64,000 nucleotides of DNA, taken from assembly GCA_012295275.1 (NCBI GenBank), contig CM022666.1:930001-994000 (forward strand). Reading direction: 5' to 3'. Source of the stretch: Chrysomallon squamiferum. Its lineage: Eukaryota > Animalia > Mollusca. Every line of letters starts with the position of its first letter. Positions within the stretch are counted from its first letter, which is position 1. Made by a program: the position numbers and the translations under genes. Shown here in pieces: positions 14,353 to 30,449 of the stretch. The notes below the pieces were generated by a model, which saw only the letters and a program-made list of their open reading frames with translations, had not been told where the DNA came from and did not search any database.

Positions 14353-15023
14353 GTATTATAAATACCAACCCAACATTAAGGGAAAAAACCCATATATTTG
14401 ACACCTGCTACAAAATCTATTGTTGTACTGATAAATGAACATTTGATCAGTAATTCTTTCATACTGTATCAGTTTAATACAGACCAGAATTTCTTGTCTT
14501 TTTTTTTTTTCTTCTCTCTCTCGTTCTGTCTCTGTCTCTTTTCCTGTCTCTCTCTTACACACACACATGACACACAGACATACACACACTCAATACACAT
14601 CACACCCATATACACACACACGACACACAGACACGCACACACCCACAGACACACAAGACACACATATAAACACCCACAAACATCAAACACACATACATAC
14701 AAATGTACACAAAGTCTTGTTATTTCATTTCATTCATGGTTGAATGATCCACATATTACTGATATACTCAATAACTTATTTGCTTTGTTTTGAACACATT
14801 TTACACACTTTAAAAAAAAAAAAAGTTATATTCTTCTACAATAATAAAATGGAAACTGCACACCAGATGTGGCCAGCTAAATATTCTGTAAAAAAAGATA
14901 TCTGCTTATGTTGTTCCAGTCACTGGATATTTCAATTAGATTGATGAAAATGGAAGATTGCAAACTGCTACTCATTCTTTTGACTGTGGGTATCAGATAG
15001 TATATATTTGTTTTCTTTCTTTT

Positions 15024-15025
<2 letters not shown>

Positions 15026-15085
<60 letters not shown>
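15026..15085. repeat. (CA)n microsatellite
   Basis: Uninterrupted CA run. Confidence 0.98.
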
Positions 15086-15087
<2 letters not shown>

Positions 15088-16784
15088 GCAAAAAACATGT
15101 TTGTTATATGATTTTCAAGCTGACAAATTTAATATTTCGAAAGTTTTTTCCATGGATATATAATTAAGATTTGTGTTCCTAACTGACTAGTTTAAACATT
15201 TAGCAGTAAATTGATATTTATATTTTTTTTTTAATAGTGGAAGTAGCATATATTAATGTATAAAACAGACTGATGTTTGTACATTTTATGTTGTTACAGA
15301 ATAAGAACATTATTAATAACTGAAAATGATCATGCGATGAAAACATGCTGAGAAATCTGTTACTCATTAAAGTTGATACCTTAGGAGAGATGAGTATATA
15401 TTTGTTTAATATCATGCTATAAACAGAACAAGTAATTCAAACTGACATAGAGGGAATTGAAAGTAATTAATTTTTAAAGAAAGAAAGAAAGAAAGAAAGA
15501 GAAGAAAAGAAATGAATCAAATACATGTTAAGGATAAAATAATATGGTGTAATTTCAGTTGTTTTGGTTTCTTTGTTCATAGGAGATAACTCTTGTCTAA
15601 CATGAAGAGTCACTGTGTTCAGTTATCTCCCATTAATATCTGTAGAATTCCATGTTAACATATTATCATATTCTTTTAAAATATTAGATATTTAATTTTA
15701 ATACTGAAAATTCTGCAGTAACATTTTCAAATAAATTACACATTAAAAAAGCAAAAAAAAAAAAAAAAATAAAATAAAATAAAAATTATCCTCTATAAAA
15801 ATAATCCTATCCAAAATAAAAACATTTCATTATTTTTGTTGTTTTTACAAGATCAAACAGTTGCTACAGAATGAGTGACTAAAAGAGCTACTGTATACAG
15901 GTTTTTGCTTATTACTGTGTTTTTTTTTAAATTTTATTTTAGGTTTATTTTGGTTTCACTACTGTTTTTTTCTTCATTTCTGAATACTTTTCTTATTCAT
16001 TTGTGACAGGCAATCAGACACAATATTCATTCAAAACAAATAACTTGAATTTTTGGACAGTGAGGTTTATTACAGTGTCACTGTAACATTATTAACATTC
16101 TTATAAAAAAATATTTCTTGTGACAATGAAGAAAAAAACAACTGATTAACATCACGATTGTTAAATATTATACAATTAAATACAAAGAAACACAGAAAAA
16201 AACAAACCCTATGATAACGTGTTTTTAACAATCCATTCATTTGATAACTTCAAACTATTGATTTCACTGACATCACTGATCAGTGGTGCAGTCCTTTTAG
16301 TTAATTACCTAACAATCTTCTCCAATTTGTCCTCACTGAAAACATGTGTGCTTCATTGCCAGCTCTTTTCATCTCGTCCTTGAAGCCAATTCACTTGAGC
16401 AGGACTCTAACGTTTAAAGTACAAGCTTTTGTATTTTTATCATTTTCCAGTGACGTGCAATAATTGCTCCTCTCCCACCAAACAGACACATTAAATTAAA
16501 TTAAACTTAATGATTCTGTTGACTGTGGTTAATTTGCGTTCACCCATCTCTTTGGTGACGTATGAAAGAATTGCTTGCTATTGAAGGAAATTACCTGTCC
16601 TACGTAGAAAGAGCTAAAATGTCTTGATACGCTTTAGAAAGTTGATGCGATTTCTGTGTCACCTTTGACAAGGTATGACAGTTGAGACATAATTCATTTA
16701 AATTCAGTCTTTGAAGTTCGTTTAAAGGAAGTTATTGAAGCTGTGTCAAGAAGGACAAAGTACAGCTTACCTTAATGAGCATAT

Positions 16785-17590
16785 AAACTTTAAACTATTA
16801 AACTTGTCATCCATGATAAATCATTAAACTATTAAACTTGTCATCCATGATAAAACATTAAACTATTAAACTTGTCATCTATGATAAAACATTAAACTAT
16901 TAAACTTGTTATCTATGATAAAACATTAAACTATTAAACTTGTCATCCATGATAAAACATTAAACTATTACTTGTCATCTATGATAAAAATTCATTAAAC
17001 TAAAACATTAAACTATTGTCATCATGTATGATAAAACATTAAACTATTAAACTTGTCATCCATTAAACTATTAAACTTATCATGTATGATAAAACATTAA
17101 ACTATTAAACTTGTCATGTATGATAAAACATTAAACTATTAAACTTATCATGTATGATAAAACATTAAAATTATCAAGGTTATCGTTGATAAAACATTAA
17201 ACTATTAAACTTGTCATGTATGATAAAACATTAAACTATTACACTTATCATGTATGATAAAACATTAAACTATTAAACTTGTCATGTATGATAAAACATT
17301 AAACTATTAAACTTGTCATGTATGATAAAACATTAAACTATTAAACTTGTCATGTATGATAAAACATTAAACTATTACACTTATCATGTATGATAAAACA
17401 TTAAACTATTAAACTTGTCATGTATGATAAAACATTAAACTATTAAACTTGTCATGTATGATAAAACATTAAATTTTCAAACTTCTCATCTATGATAAAA
17501 TATTAAACTTGTCACCTACAATAAAGTATTAAACATGTCACTATGATAAAATGTTTAATTTATCATCCATGACAAAGGCATTAAACTATT
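16785..17590. repeat. 34-bp minisatellite, about 23 copies
   Basis: Consensus aaactattaaacttgtcatgtatgataaaacatt; period 34 (actatt at 17101 and 17135). Confidence 0.97.
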
Positions 17591-20173
17591 CAGTTGATTA
17601 AAATGAATTTCTTAACTGAAATGTCTTTTAAAATGAAACATTATTCTTTTTTCTTTTTCTTTTTTTTTCTTTTCTTTTGTTCAGTTGTTGAACATAACAT
17701 AACTTGTCAAATTAGCGAAGATGAAAAATGTAGTCTACCTGTTTCAGGTTTCAGGAATGAGAAAAACATGACAGATCCAGGAAGATGACATTTTTCATAT
17801 GATACATCATGCAATCATTGATACAGAGTGAAAAAAGAAATTGTAATGAATAAAAATGATATATGTTAGTGTCAGTAAAACCAGTTTCTTTTTAAAAATG
17901 AATCTGGACATGTAGCAGATGCAGTTATTATTTTTTATTTATTTGTCTAGATATATAAGGATATTAGTACACAAACACATATAGACCAAAAGACATACCT
18001 ACTTAGTTACCTATGTGTGTATATATCTACAAATAGGTATTTAGATTTAGATATCCAAGCATCATAGTAAACATATCACACTTCAAGTAATAATTAAAAT
18101 AAATTATTTTATACTAGTGAAATGATTGAAATCTTTGGCTATAAAAAAACCTAGAGCATAAACCATCATGTTTAGCACATCATCCATAGTTAACTGTTAC
18201 ATTTTCATAGCCCTAAAATAAACTTTAAAAAAAAAAAAAATCATTTAAGTCCTGACACAGAATCTCATCATGAAGGAGTTACCAGAAATATCTAGCATCT
18301 TCCAGATCTGCCATTCATAGTGCGAGTAGATTAATTATGACCATTGAAATGATGTCATTGTGGAACTGGATTCTGTGATTAATGCTAGCAGCTTCATGGA
18401 TTCATTGAGAAATTATTATTTTTTTATTTCTTTCTATTTTTATCTTCTACTTTTTTTTTTTTTTTTTTTTTTATCAATGGCTCATTTATGTTAAAGATAG
18501 TGTAATTGTTAGTGATTGAGATGAAGAAGGAAGGATATTTTTTTTTTTTTTAAAATTGAGGATTATTCAAAATATTTAACAGAGAATTAAGATTGTTACT
18601 TCTTTTTTTTTTTTTTTTCCGGTTAGGGTTATTATTATGGTAAAAGTCTTTGGGAGAGAAAAAAAAAAAAAAAAAAAAAAATGAATTGAGGAAGGAAAAG
18701 GATTACAAAAACAAAATTGTCCAAAACTAGGAAATAAACAAGGATGTTTAAAACTTTAGAGAATATTAATTTTGTCAGTACAAGAAAATACTTTTTGAAG
18801 CTGTTGAATTCTAAGAAAGAAAAAGTGTTTCTATTAAATAAATGATATTATTGCTGCTACAACAACAGTAACTACTACTGCAACCACCAACACCATCACA
18901 ACAACAACTATTACCAATATTACTACCACATTTATTAATATGATTTTAGTTGTTATATTATTCTATATTATTTAACTAACTGAAAATCACAATAATCTTC
19001 CATCTTTAAAACTTTGATAAAGATTTTTATTTAATACATATAATACTATACAAAATTTTTCTAGAGCAAGACTAGCTAAAATAATTATCTTCCATCTTTG
19101 AAGGTTTCAGAAAGATTTTTGGTCAACCTTGTAGCTTGTCTGTTTGGACATTTTCAAAGAAAGAACAATGGAAATGTTCACCCTCTTCCATCTTTGAAGC
19201 TTTCCTGCAGATCCTTCCACTTAGAAAGAGAATTAAATTATTTTCAGGAAGCTTCTTGCTGCCTTTAACCTTTCACAGTGTCACATGTTATTATTTATTT
19301 TTCAAGTTTTAAAAAATCTCACTTGACTCTAATTAATCTACAGCTTTTGTCTCTTATCCTCTGAGAAGAACCTCTTCATGCTGACTAGAAGACCATTGAC
19401 TGTCTTGTTTTTTTTGTTCCAAATTCATCTTGGATAAAGGCTGTAAAATATTTATTTTAAAAATGACTTTCAGTGCTGTTTTGTTTCTATATGTTTGTTT
19501 TGTCCATATGCTGTCCATGTGCAGAAAGAAGCATGTGGAAGGCAAGAAAATTAAAATCAAATAATAACTGTAATAATGTTTATAGTTTTTTCTGCTGCTG
19601 TTAAAATGTATTTTTTAATATTTTAATTATTTTTGAAAATTATTTACAAAACGCAAAAAGAGCATGAACGTTTTTTTTCAGAATATTACACCAGCTAAAA
19701 CACAGAGACTGCAAAAATATGACTTGAAAATATTTGTCTATCTGCTTCAGTATTTGAGAATATCCAGGAAACATCACAGCAAAGCTACGTAAAAATGCAT
19801 GGATTTTCTGACACTAAGCTTCCAAGTCAAACTTCGGTTATCAGACATCTGGTGTTTGTTGTCTGTTGTATTGTTTCAGCATATGCTTTAGATGTTAACT
19901 CTAATACCTTTTAAACTAATTAGTATAAAGAAACACAAAACAAAAAACCAAAGAAACGGAAGTGAAACAGTCTTTTTTTGTGCTACAACAACTACTACTA
20001 CTACTGTAACTACTACTACTAATAAAAATTAAAAATGCACAATAGAAAGAACAATATGTATGTATGTATATATAAAAACATTTGTATTTATATGTTTGTG
20101 TGTGTGTATGTTAAAATAATAAACTAGAAGAAAAACAAATGAAAACCAAGCACTAACTTCTATTTTGTTTCTT

Positions 20174-20212
<39 letters not shown>

Positions 20213-21004
20213 TTTTTTATTATTATTATTTTTTAAATTACTGTAACTGCAATGAGCCTAATAAATTAATTTGTTCATTCGCAGAGAACAGTTTTTCTTT
20301 TTACTTTTGTTTACTTTTATTTATTTTTTTCATGATTTTATTGATCTGTAAAAGTGCTGGTGCTTCAAGAGAAATTTCTGTTCAAAAATTCAATTTAAAA
20401 CTGTTATGTTTAAATTTAAAAAAATATAAATATTATTTTAAAAAAAACAACAACAAAGAAACAATTGGAATGAAGAATTGATTAGTAACGACCACGAAAT
20501 TACAGAAATTAACGAAATACAAAATGTGACTTGTGTAAAAAGACTAAATCAAACAGAAATTATGAAGCAGTTTATTCATTGATCTGTGTCCAGTGGTAAG
20601 AAGAAGAGAGAAATGAAAAAAAATAAAATAAAATAAAACATAAAAAAGATCAACCAAAAACAAACAAAAGCAAAACAGTTTGAACAAATGATTCACTTTA
20701 TATTATGAAAAAATATGATCATTTTTTATATTCTGTTTCATCTCTCTGTTTGATTTTCTTTTGTTATTTGTTAACTTGAGACAGCAAAGTCTTGGAATTC
20801 CAGCAAAACAAAACCAGATACCACTATTTTGTCATCACCCTCCTTTGAAGAATAAAACAAATTAGTAGATCATTTTGAAACTTGAAGAATATAGCTTATT
20901 TTCTATTATCTATAACCGGGTTATTGATTTTTGTATTTGATTTTTTTTTTTTTTGAAATTAATAAAGAAGAAAACATTTATACTATATGTTGTATTCTGA
21001 GCTT

Positions 21005-21270
<266 letters not shown>

Positions 21271-21611
21271 CTGAATCATTGCCTTTTGAGGCTGACTTAA
21301 AAGCATCTCTTTGGATTTTTGCTTGTCGAAATGACTTTGATTTCACCTTAAAAACTCCAAGCTCACTTAAAATAAAAGACTCAAACCGTTTACAGTTTCC
21401 TGGATGTTTGCTCTTTACATCAACTTTGAAGCTGTGGTAACAACTGAACTGCACTCTGTCAAAAATAAGGAAATATTTTGAACATTCTTAAAACCAAAGT
21501 TTGTACAAGTGCTGGGTCCTTTTGTTGATTTGCAGTTTCCAAGAGCAAAATGAGATACAGTTAGAAAAAAAAAAAGATAAAATAGATAGATAGATAGACA
21601 GACAGACAGAA

Positions 21612-21643
<32 letters not shown>

Positions 21644-22533
21644 GAAAGGGACAGAGAGAGTGTATAAATGGTGTATGTGGCATATGGGTGTGTCTGTTTG
21701 TGTGATTCAGATACATTTGTTTATTTATCATTATATAACAACATCTTACAAACCTGTTCCAGTGTTAACAAGATGTTAGGTAAATACTTCATTATCTTTT
21801 TTCCCTCTGTATTCATATCAGCAGAATGTGTATAATACCCTGATATAAATAAACACTGATCACATTTAAAATGTATGTAGATTGTTGATTAGGTAACTGT
21901 TACATTAGATAACTAGAAGTATTAGGAAACACAGTGCAGAAAACTCATTACAGACAGTGCAAAAAAGTCTTAATTTTTAAAAAAAAAATGAAACAAAATT
22001 CAAAAGTCCTAAATATATATAATTATCATTGTCATCATCATCAGATCATCATGATTATCAGTAATCATGACTGAGAAGAATTTATCTTTGTCATCATTGT
22101 CATCATCATCATCATGATCATCACTGTCATCATCATCATATGGTCGTCATCATCAATATCATTATCAGTATTATTGTTATTTAATATCTTTAGTATTATT
22201 TTATTTTTTATGTCACAAAAGGTAGCCAGGTTGAGAAAAACAATAGTACATTTTTTTTTTACTGGAAAGAAAAATGAAAATCATAGCTTTGAGTAGACTC
22301 TGATGTTTTGACATTAACAGAGAACAAGAGAGATATACTTTGAGAACATACTTCAGTAGGTCATTAGCTTTGTACACAACACCTGATGACTCTCAACACC
22401 AGACTTGTCTTAAAAGGGAGCATTTTTCATTATCTTTTAACTCTTGGAATACTATCATGAAAACAGAAAAAACATGTTAGTCTATATGAAAATAAAAGTG
22501 ATTCATTTAAACAGTGTATGAAAGTTTATTATT

Positions 22534-22535
<2 letters not shown>

Positions 22536-22578
<43 letters not shown>

Positions 22579-22683
22579 ACACAGAGACATACATACACAG
22601 ACAAACATTCACATTCTTTCTGTCTTTCTCTCTCTTTCTCTCACACACACATACACAGAGACATACATACACAAACATTCACA

Positions 22684-22746
<63 letters not shown>
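22536..22746. repeat. Compound (CT)n/(CA)n repeat with an internal duplication
   Basis: catacacagagacatacatacac...aaacattcacattct occurs twice between CT runs. Confidence 0.92.
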
Positions 22747-22749
<3 letters not shown>

Positions 22750-25700
22750 CTCATATTCTGAAACACTGCTGCTTCACAGTTAACTTCAGTGCAGGTTAAT
22801 GAAACCAATTTTTTACACATTTATTCAGGACTTCACTAACAACTCATCCAGCCTCGTTTACTGAGAACAGACAAATATACATGACATCTCAGCTTCATAC
22901 TCACACAACATTCGATGTGCCGTAATTGGGTGTTTGCTTTTGTACAGCTCTGCCAAGCGAAATGAAATCATTGGAAATGAAACATTATTATATTCTTCAT
23001 CAGCATAACTCCAGCACTGGCTTGTCCCCCTGTTCAAACACTTGACTGACAATTATCTAAACCAGGATAACCAAGTTTTATCCAGCTGACCGTTCCTTTG
23101 ATGCTTTTCTATGGATTCTGACAATTCTTCTCCGGTTCTTCTAATGTTCCACGATGCCAGCGTATATTATTACTAATGAGGGAATTTGTCCTTCATTCTT
23201 TGAGCTTGAACAGTAATTATATAAGCAGTGAACATTTTAACCTGAATTCAAACACCACAAGCCAGTCTGAATGGCCAAAGCAGAATAAATATTTTTTTTT
23301 TTTTCTTATTCTTATTGAATATGTATGCATGGGGTACAGATTGGAATAAAAAATAAAAAAAAGGGGAAAAAAAGAAGAAAAGTTTCCCAGACAAATATGG
23401 TTGTGAATTTTGTTTCACTGATACAGGATTTGTTATTCTTTCAAAAGTATATTTATTGTTTTAAATATTTTAAAAAGGGATTTATCTGCAGTTTTAATAA
23501 ATGTTTAGTTTCTTTTGTTTTTTTCACTTTTATTTTTTAATTATGGAGAAATATAATTTTTTTTTTTTTTTAATGTCTGTTCATGTGTCTGTGTAAATAA
23601 TCTTTTCATAATAATATAGCTGAAAACATTTTTTGCTGTAAACAATGCTTTATAACTTTTTATAAAGATCTTCATATGCACTGTTTATGGATAGGTGCAT
23701 ATTAAATATGTTGTGCTGCTTAGATGAGTCTGTTTTAAAAATCCCTGAAAAACATCTCTGTAACTATTGAGCATTCAGCATATTTTTAAAAACAAATATT
23801 CATTTATTTATTTATTCTTTATCATAATTTTAAATTTTGAAATTTCTTATGTTATTGCTTTCAGAAGCAGATATGATTATCATTACTTTTAACCAAGAAA
23901 TATATATAAGTAAAAATCTTAAAATAATTGTTCATGATAAATACAGATCAGAATTTGTTTGGACTGTTAAGAATCATTTTGTGGATGATTTTTGTTTGAA
24001 AATTTCTCAAGGGAAATTTAAAATGTTGACTTTGTCTCTTTAATTCTGAAAATGATTCTTCATGTAAACCCTAGTGATATCATGCACTGTCTTTCTGGTT
24101 TTATTACAGACAGTTAATACATATTTAAATTAAAACAGATTGAATTCTGGTTATTGTTTTAAAGTTTCTCTCACTTTCTCTTCATTTGTTTGTATTGTGT
24201 CCAAGTATGTGCTTATTGGGTTTGGTGAATGTCTGTGTTTTGTCTGAAAAGTGTGAGGATAAAAATGTATGAGAGCTATTTCCTGTTTCAGCCATAGTTA
24301 GATGTATATTAACAATTGTTTGTGTCATACCACTGACTTTCATGCTGTCCTCATATTATTACAGAAATAGCTGTCACATTTTTAATAATATTAACACTGT
24401 TATTTAATAAACATTATGAAAAAAGTTAACACATTATTCAGTGTATATTTCAAATGGCAGTCTTCAACGAAGGTAGATGCTAAAATCCTCATTGGTTTTC
24501 ACTCACAAACAGTTAGCTAAATAACATTTAGCAGTGAAATAAAAAACAGTCTTCTTATTTTAACTTGAAAAAAAATATTTCATTATTGTGTCTCACAGCA
24601 TCTTGTCTTAAATCCAGCAGGCGTTTATTTAAACTGCATAAAACACAAAGCTGAAAGAGAATGTGTCTCTGCTGATAGTTTCCAACTTCAACACATCAAT
24701 TTAATTACTTTCACACAGGCCTCAGTAATTCAGACAACGTCAAGTTACACCAACATCTCATTCTTTAGATTGTTCAGTAGTTTCACCAACAGGATAATTC
24801 CATTCCAGTTTAAAAAAAAAAAAAAAAAAGGTAAAAAAAACGACAGTGAAAAAGATAAAACAAGAAATGACATAAACTTTTTCTTTCACAAGAGCTACAT
24901 CATCATAGACTATGTCATAGGAATTCCTAATGGCACTGGAAAATAAAAGTTCAAGAACATATCTCCTGGAAAAATTCAGCTCAAAATTGCTACCATGTTT
25001 AAATTAAAATGTTTGATAATTGAACTTCATTTCTCTGACTTTCTCTCTCTTTCTCTCTGTGTGTCTCTCTATACCTCATTTCATTTTCTTTCTATCCCTT
25101 TGTCCCTCCATGTCTAAAACGATCTTCATTCTTTTTTTTATTTCACTCACACATAACTTACACACATTACCACATATTCTGATTCTTTAGAGAAACTGTT
25201 TGTTTCAAAACATGAAACATATTTATTCTTGTCTTTCTGACTGCCTGTCTGTCCATCTTCTAAACAGAAATTTTATTTTTCTGTCCTATGTCAAGGTTGT
25301 TGCTGTCTTTGTTTGGCTTCTTTCTTCATGTACTGGAGGTTTGAGCTTTGACTCAAAAATGCTTTACTAATTTTGCAATAGTCAACTGACAAGTTTGCTC
25401 TATCTCATTTACTGAGGTCTCATCTCTTTACACCATCAGTTTGTCGTTTGGTAAATTGGCTGTAATGTCCCTGGGGAGCACTTGGAATATCAAATATTAC
25501 TCTGTTTTTACAACTGGCAGAAATATGGTACCCATGTTTGAAGTACTTTGTGTGTGCTGGGACACTAACATTAATGTACATGAACTCAGGCCAAATTAGA
25601 ATCAATGGACTCCTGTGTGTGTTATCTAGAAATGTAGCGTCACGATTTGGCTTTTTCAATATTTGTATTTATTTGTTTGTTATTAATTATCTGCAAATTT

Positions 25701-27389
25701 CATATGAATGAAGAGATGATGAAGAGATTAGTAACCCAAAAGACAACAACAAAAAAAAAAAAAAAAAAAAAAAAATATATATATAAAAAATTATTGTAAT
25801 AAGAAAATAAGAAAAAAGAGATAGAATTTATGTGACAGGTTTGTATGTGAAATGAGATAACATTTTGCAGTTATGACTTTGATGATGTGATTGTGATTAT
25901 AGGTTTTGTCTCAGCATCTGTTGTATATAGGAAATGTTTGTTATTTTGTTTTAAATTTATTTCCATTTATCTTTATTTTTTCATTATTATTTCATTTTAT
26001 TTATTTTTTTTGAAATAAATAGAAACAAGATAAATAAAGAAATAAATAAAAAATGTACTAAATTAATTTAAAAAAACCCAAAAAACAGTGATCTTGTTCA
26101 TTTTAAATAAAATTAACATCATTATTATTATTATTTTTTTTTTTTCTATATTGTAATACAGTTTGGATTTAAGGTAAATAACAATTTAAAAATTAAAGGT
26201 TTATCAGAAAAGCTAAAGTTGTTTTTTTTTTTTTTTTTTTTATTTTCAAGCTAAATTAGTCATCTCCAATAGTATTGTTATTTTATTTTTTTTTCAATTA
26301 TAGACCATCAGATGTTTAAAGCAAACTATCATAGATTATTAAGTGAAAATCAAACACAGAGGCTTGTAAAGCAGTGTTTATTGAGCACAGCATTGAGATC
26401 CATATTGTGTCTTTAATGAGATGCAATTAAATCTGACACAGGCAACAAGAAAATCTTTATGGAAAAACATTTTAGCATTGATGTAATTGTTAACTGTTTT
26501 GAAGAAACAAATGTGATTTGTTTGGGTAACATGGCAGTATTAATGATAATTATTGATAAAGGGATAAAATAGATTCAATGCACACTGACAAAATAAGAAA
26601 AGAAAAGAGAAGAAAAGAAAAAGAAACACAACAAAGAAAACCAATGATGAAGCATAAATACCTAACTGTTGAGCAACTTTCATTTTAATTTCACACCTTC
26701 CAGCAGACAGGAGAAAATATAACTCCATAAACCACCAGTTGTAAGGAAATGGCTTCACAAATTAAATTAAGATAAATAAATAAATAAATAAAAACAAATA
26801 TTAATACAAAAAATAGAATACCAAAATATACATATAAAATAAATAAATAACGAAAAAAAGTTACAAACCTTGCAGATATGCACCAGAAAAGACCTTTTTA
26901 TATTGCATGTTGTTGTCGAAAAAGTGAATTATAACTTTCTATTTTTTTACAAACAAAACAAATTAAGGAAATGTTTTTCAAAAAGAACCGGAAGGAACTT
27001 TGGTTGTTTTTTCTGTAGTAATAAAATAAAAGGTATGTATGCACTGACATTCAAAGTCTTCCATTGTGTTAATACAGAAAAATGAACAACAATGCCATTT
27101 TGCATCACGGCTCAAGCATGGGTAAATAATTTATGTTTACGCTTCATTGAATATGTCAGTTTGCTTCTCTTTAAAATGGATTTGCTTGTTATGTCTTGTG
27201 CAAATAACTGCTACAGCTGTGGAAATATTTAAAATTTGTTATAAGAAGTGGAATCTTGAGAATTGTACAGAAACTATTTAAAACATTCCTGTCATGGTAT
27301 TAACAAACAGCTATATTAATTTTGTTTATTTTTGTTAGCCAGTAATAAAGTTTGGTAATAATGTTGCAAGCTTGTGGGGATGCTTGAAG

Positions 27390-27740
27390 GGTCACTGAAG
27401 CTTAGCAGTTTGCTAATAATTAAGTTTGATAGTAATATAGAATGTTTGGATGTACATGTACACGAAGGTTAGTGAAACCTAGCAGTTTGCTAATAATTAA
27501 GTTTGATAGTAATATAGAATGTTTGGATGTACATGTACACGGAGGTTAGTGAAACCTAGCAGTTTGCTAATAATTAAGTTTGATAGTAATATAGCATGTT
27601 TGGATGTACATGAAGGTTAGTGAAACCTAGCAGTTTCTAATAATTAAGTTTCATGGTAATACAGCATGTTTGGCTATGCAAAATGGTCACTGAAATCTAG
27701 CAGTTTGCTAATAATAAAGTTTAACAGTAACATAGCATGC
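27390..27740. repeat. 70-77 bp minisatellite, about 5 copies
   Basis: tagcagttt(g)ctaataat anchors at 27403, 27480, 27557, 27628 and 27698. Confidence 0.95.
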
Positions 27741-28025
27741 TATAAATGAAGAAATGTAAAATAAACTGTTCACAGAAGATAAATAAGTTGCACACTTTGC
27801 CTTGTCTCTCACATTTGTTTTTTTTAACTTTTTTGGGGGGTGGGGTAGGTTTATTTTTTGTTTTTGTTTATTTATTATTATTATTTTTATTTCTCTATAT
27901 TTGTTTTTACATATTTCTATCAATGAAAACAACATCATTTTCAGACAAGGTAACTTTACAAAATCCTTCAACAACTTCTCTAATCTTCAATATTTACTTT
28001 CTACGTAACATACGGTTTTCCAAAA

Positions 28026-28175
<150 letters not shown>

Positions 28176-30449
28176 ATTGCCCGTATTCCAAACACACCAA
28201 TAAAACAAAACTCATTCAGAATGGCTTGAAATAATTACCCATTTTCCTCGTAACAGAGTTCACACAAGACGACACAACCCAATCACCTATTGATTGACCT
28301 GAAAAATCTTACTGTACCAATTTACAGGATCAGTAGATATATTATGTGTTACACTGATGTCTTTAGTCCACCTGATTGCTTGTAATCTATTGATTGGGTT
28401 ACTAACGAAACAAGGATGTGGCCTCTTAGTGTATTTTTTTTTAATAGATTCTCTTATCTTGTATTGATTGAGCTGTCAACTAAGAATCTTAAATAATTGA
28501 AGAAATAAAGTGTTTTTTTTTTTTTAATTCTCAGTCTTGATAATGACCCATTAACACAGTTTGTTTTGAGGAGAGTTGAATGTTGTAATAATTGTTCAGA
28601 ATTGTTGTTCCAGTCCCATATTGGAGGTGTTTGGGTTTTTTAAAAATTATTATTATTATTATTATTATTTTTTTATTTATTTTTTTTTTATTATTTTTTT
28701 TTACAAACTTTAATTTAAAAAACCCAAAAATAAAACATTACTTAGGTGAAATAAATAAAAATCACAAGATTGTTAAATGCATTATAAAAAGTTTTAAAAA
28801 ATAAAAATATCTATGATTATTTCATCTTTTTTGTTTTTCCTTCATATATTTGGTTAGGCTGAATAACCAGTCAAACAATTTCAAAATAGAGTTAATTTTT
28901 TTAAATATAAGATATGAAATATAATTCTTGTATTCCACAATCTGAAAAATTCCAGTCCCAGGCATTTCTCAACAAGTATTGTGATTTCTTTTCTTCATTT
29001 TTTCTAATCACAAAAAAATTATTTACTTGCTGAATTTCAAACAGGTGAAAAAAACAACAACAAAAACAAAAACAAAAGAGTTAAAAATAAGATATCAAAT
29101 GAGTTCTTACACCTCTATGTAGCCATAATCACAAACACGGTTTTGTGTGGTTTTTCTTTAAAACTTGTAATTATACACTTAGCTAGTGAAAAATTGACAC
29201 TGACAGCTTAGAAATGAAACTAAGTGGAAACAACTTGCAACAAAGGTTGAAAGACTGTGAAGAATTTTTCTTCAGTCACTGGAATCATAAAAAAAAAGTA
29301 GCAAAAAGAAAATGCTATAGGGGAAAATTTCCCAGTTGTATTGTTCATATGAAATTAAAATATTTTTTTCCCCACTTTGAATTGTCTCTGATGTTTTAAA
29401 AGTTCTTGATATTTTTGTCAGTTTTCTGTCACAACTGAGAAGTAATTTATTTTACTCAGTATTGCATCTGCATTATGTCATCATATTAAAAAAAAAATGT
29501 TATGAATAGTAATAGTAATGATACAAAAATGAAGTAACGACCAGCAAGGAAAAAACATGATAAATGTAAAAATATATTGTAGAAGTCTGTTTTATTGTAG
29601 TAACTCTGGATACAAAATGTCATTATATGAAGTGATACTATTATAAGATGAAAACAAAAACGTTATAGCACAGTAGCATTATTTCTGAATTTGTCATATT
29701 GAGGGATAGGATGATAAATAAAAAAGATTTAAAATATTGATTTATATTTGCAGTAAAATAAAAATATTTTTTTCTTAAAAAGGATAAAAAGTTTGAGAGA
29801 AAGAATGTTAGAAAAAAAGATGATAAAAGAGAAATTTTGAAAGAATAAAATAGTTTGAAACAAGGATATTGATCTTGTTGTTGGCTCTATATATATTTAA
29901 ATTTTATATTAAATTAATAAATTATTGCTCTAAAAAATCTATTTGCCTGTATGTGTTTGTACATAACTTGCAATCTGCCGCATGATCATTTCATGTGTGT
30001 CTATCAGCATCCATAATTGATGACACATACAGAGCAATATATGTATTAATGGTCTCCAGTTTGCTATGTGATATCTATATAAATATTATTACACATTCCT
30101 GTCTTCAAAACAGTGAACAGATTCGTCCATTCTTGAAATGTTTTCACAGAGATTCATTCTCCTGTCACCAGTGTTAGTCTTAATTTCATCTCATCAAGAA
30201 TGAAACACGGACCATATATCGCCACACTACTAGATAGATATTGGATTACAGGCTTCAGTGTTTGATAGTTGACTGACATTTATAAGTCTGGACAGTAGGA
30301 AAAAAACCACCAACAAATTATGGCAGTTAATTGTGAAGTATGTTGTTGCCCGTGGCCTTTCCAATAATCCAGGATGAAGTGAAAGTTTTTGTGTGAGCTG
30401 AGAACTGAGAGTCACACCTCTTAGTGCTGGTATATGTGAGTGTGTGTGT

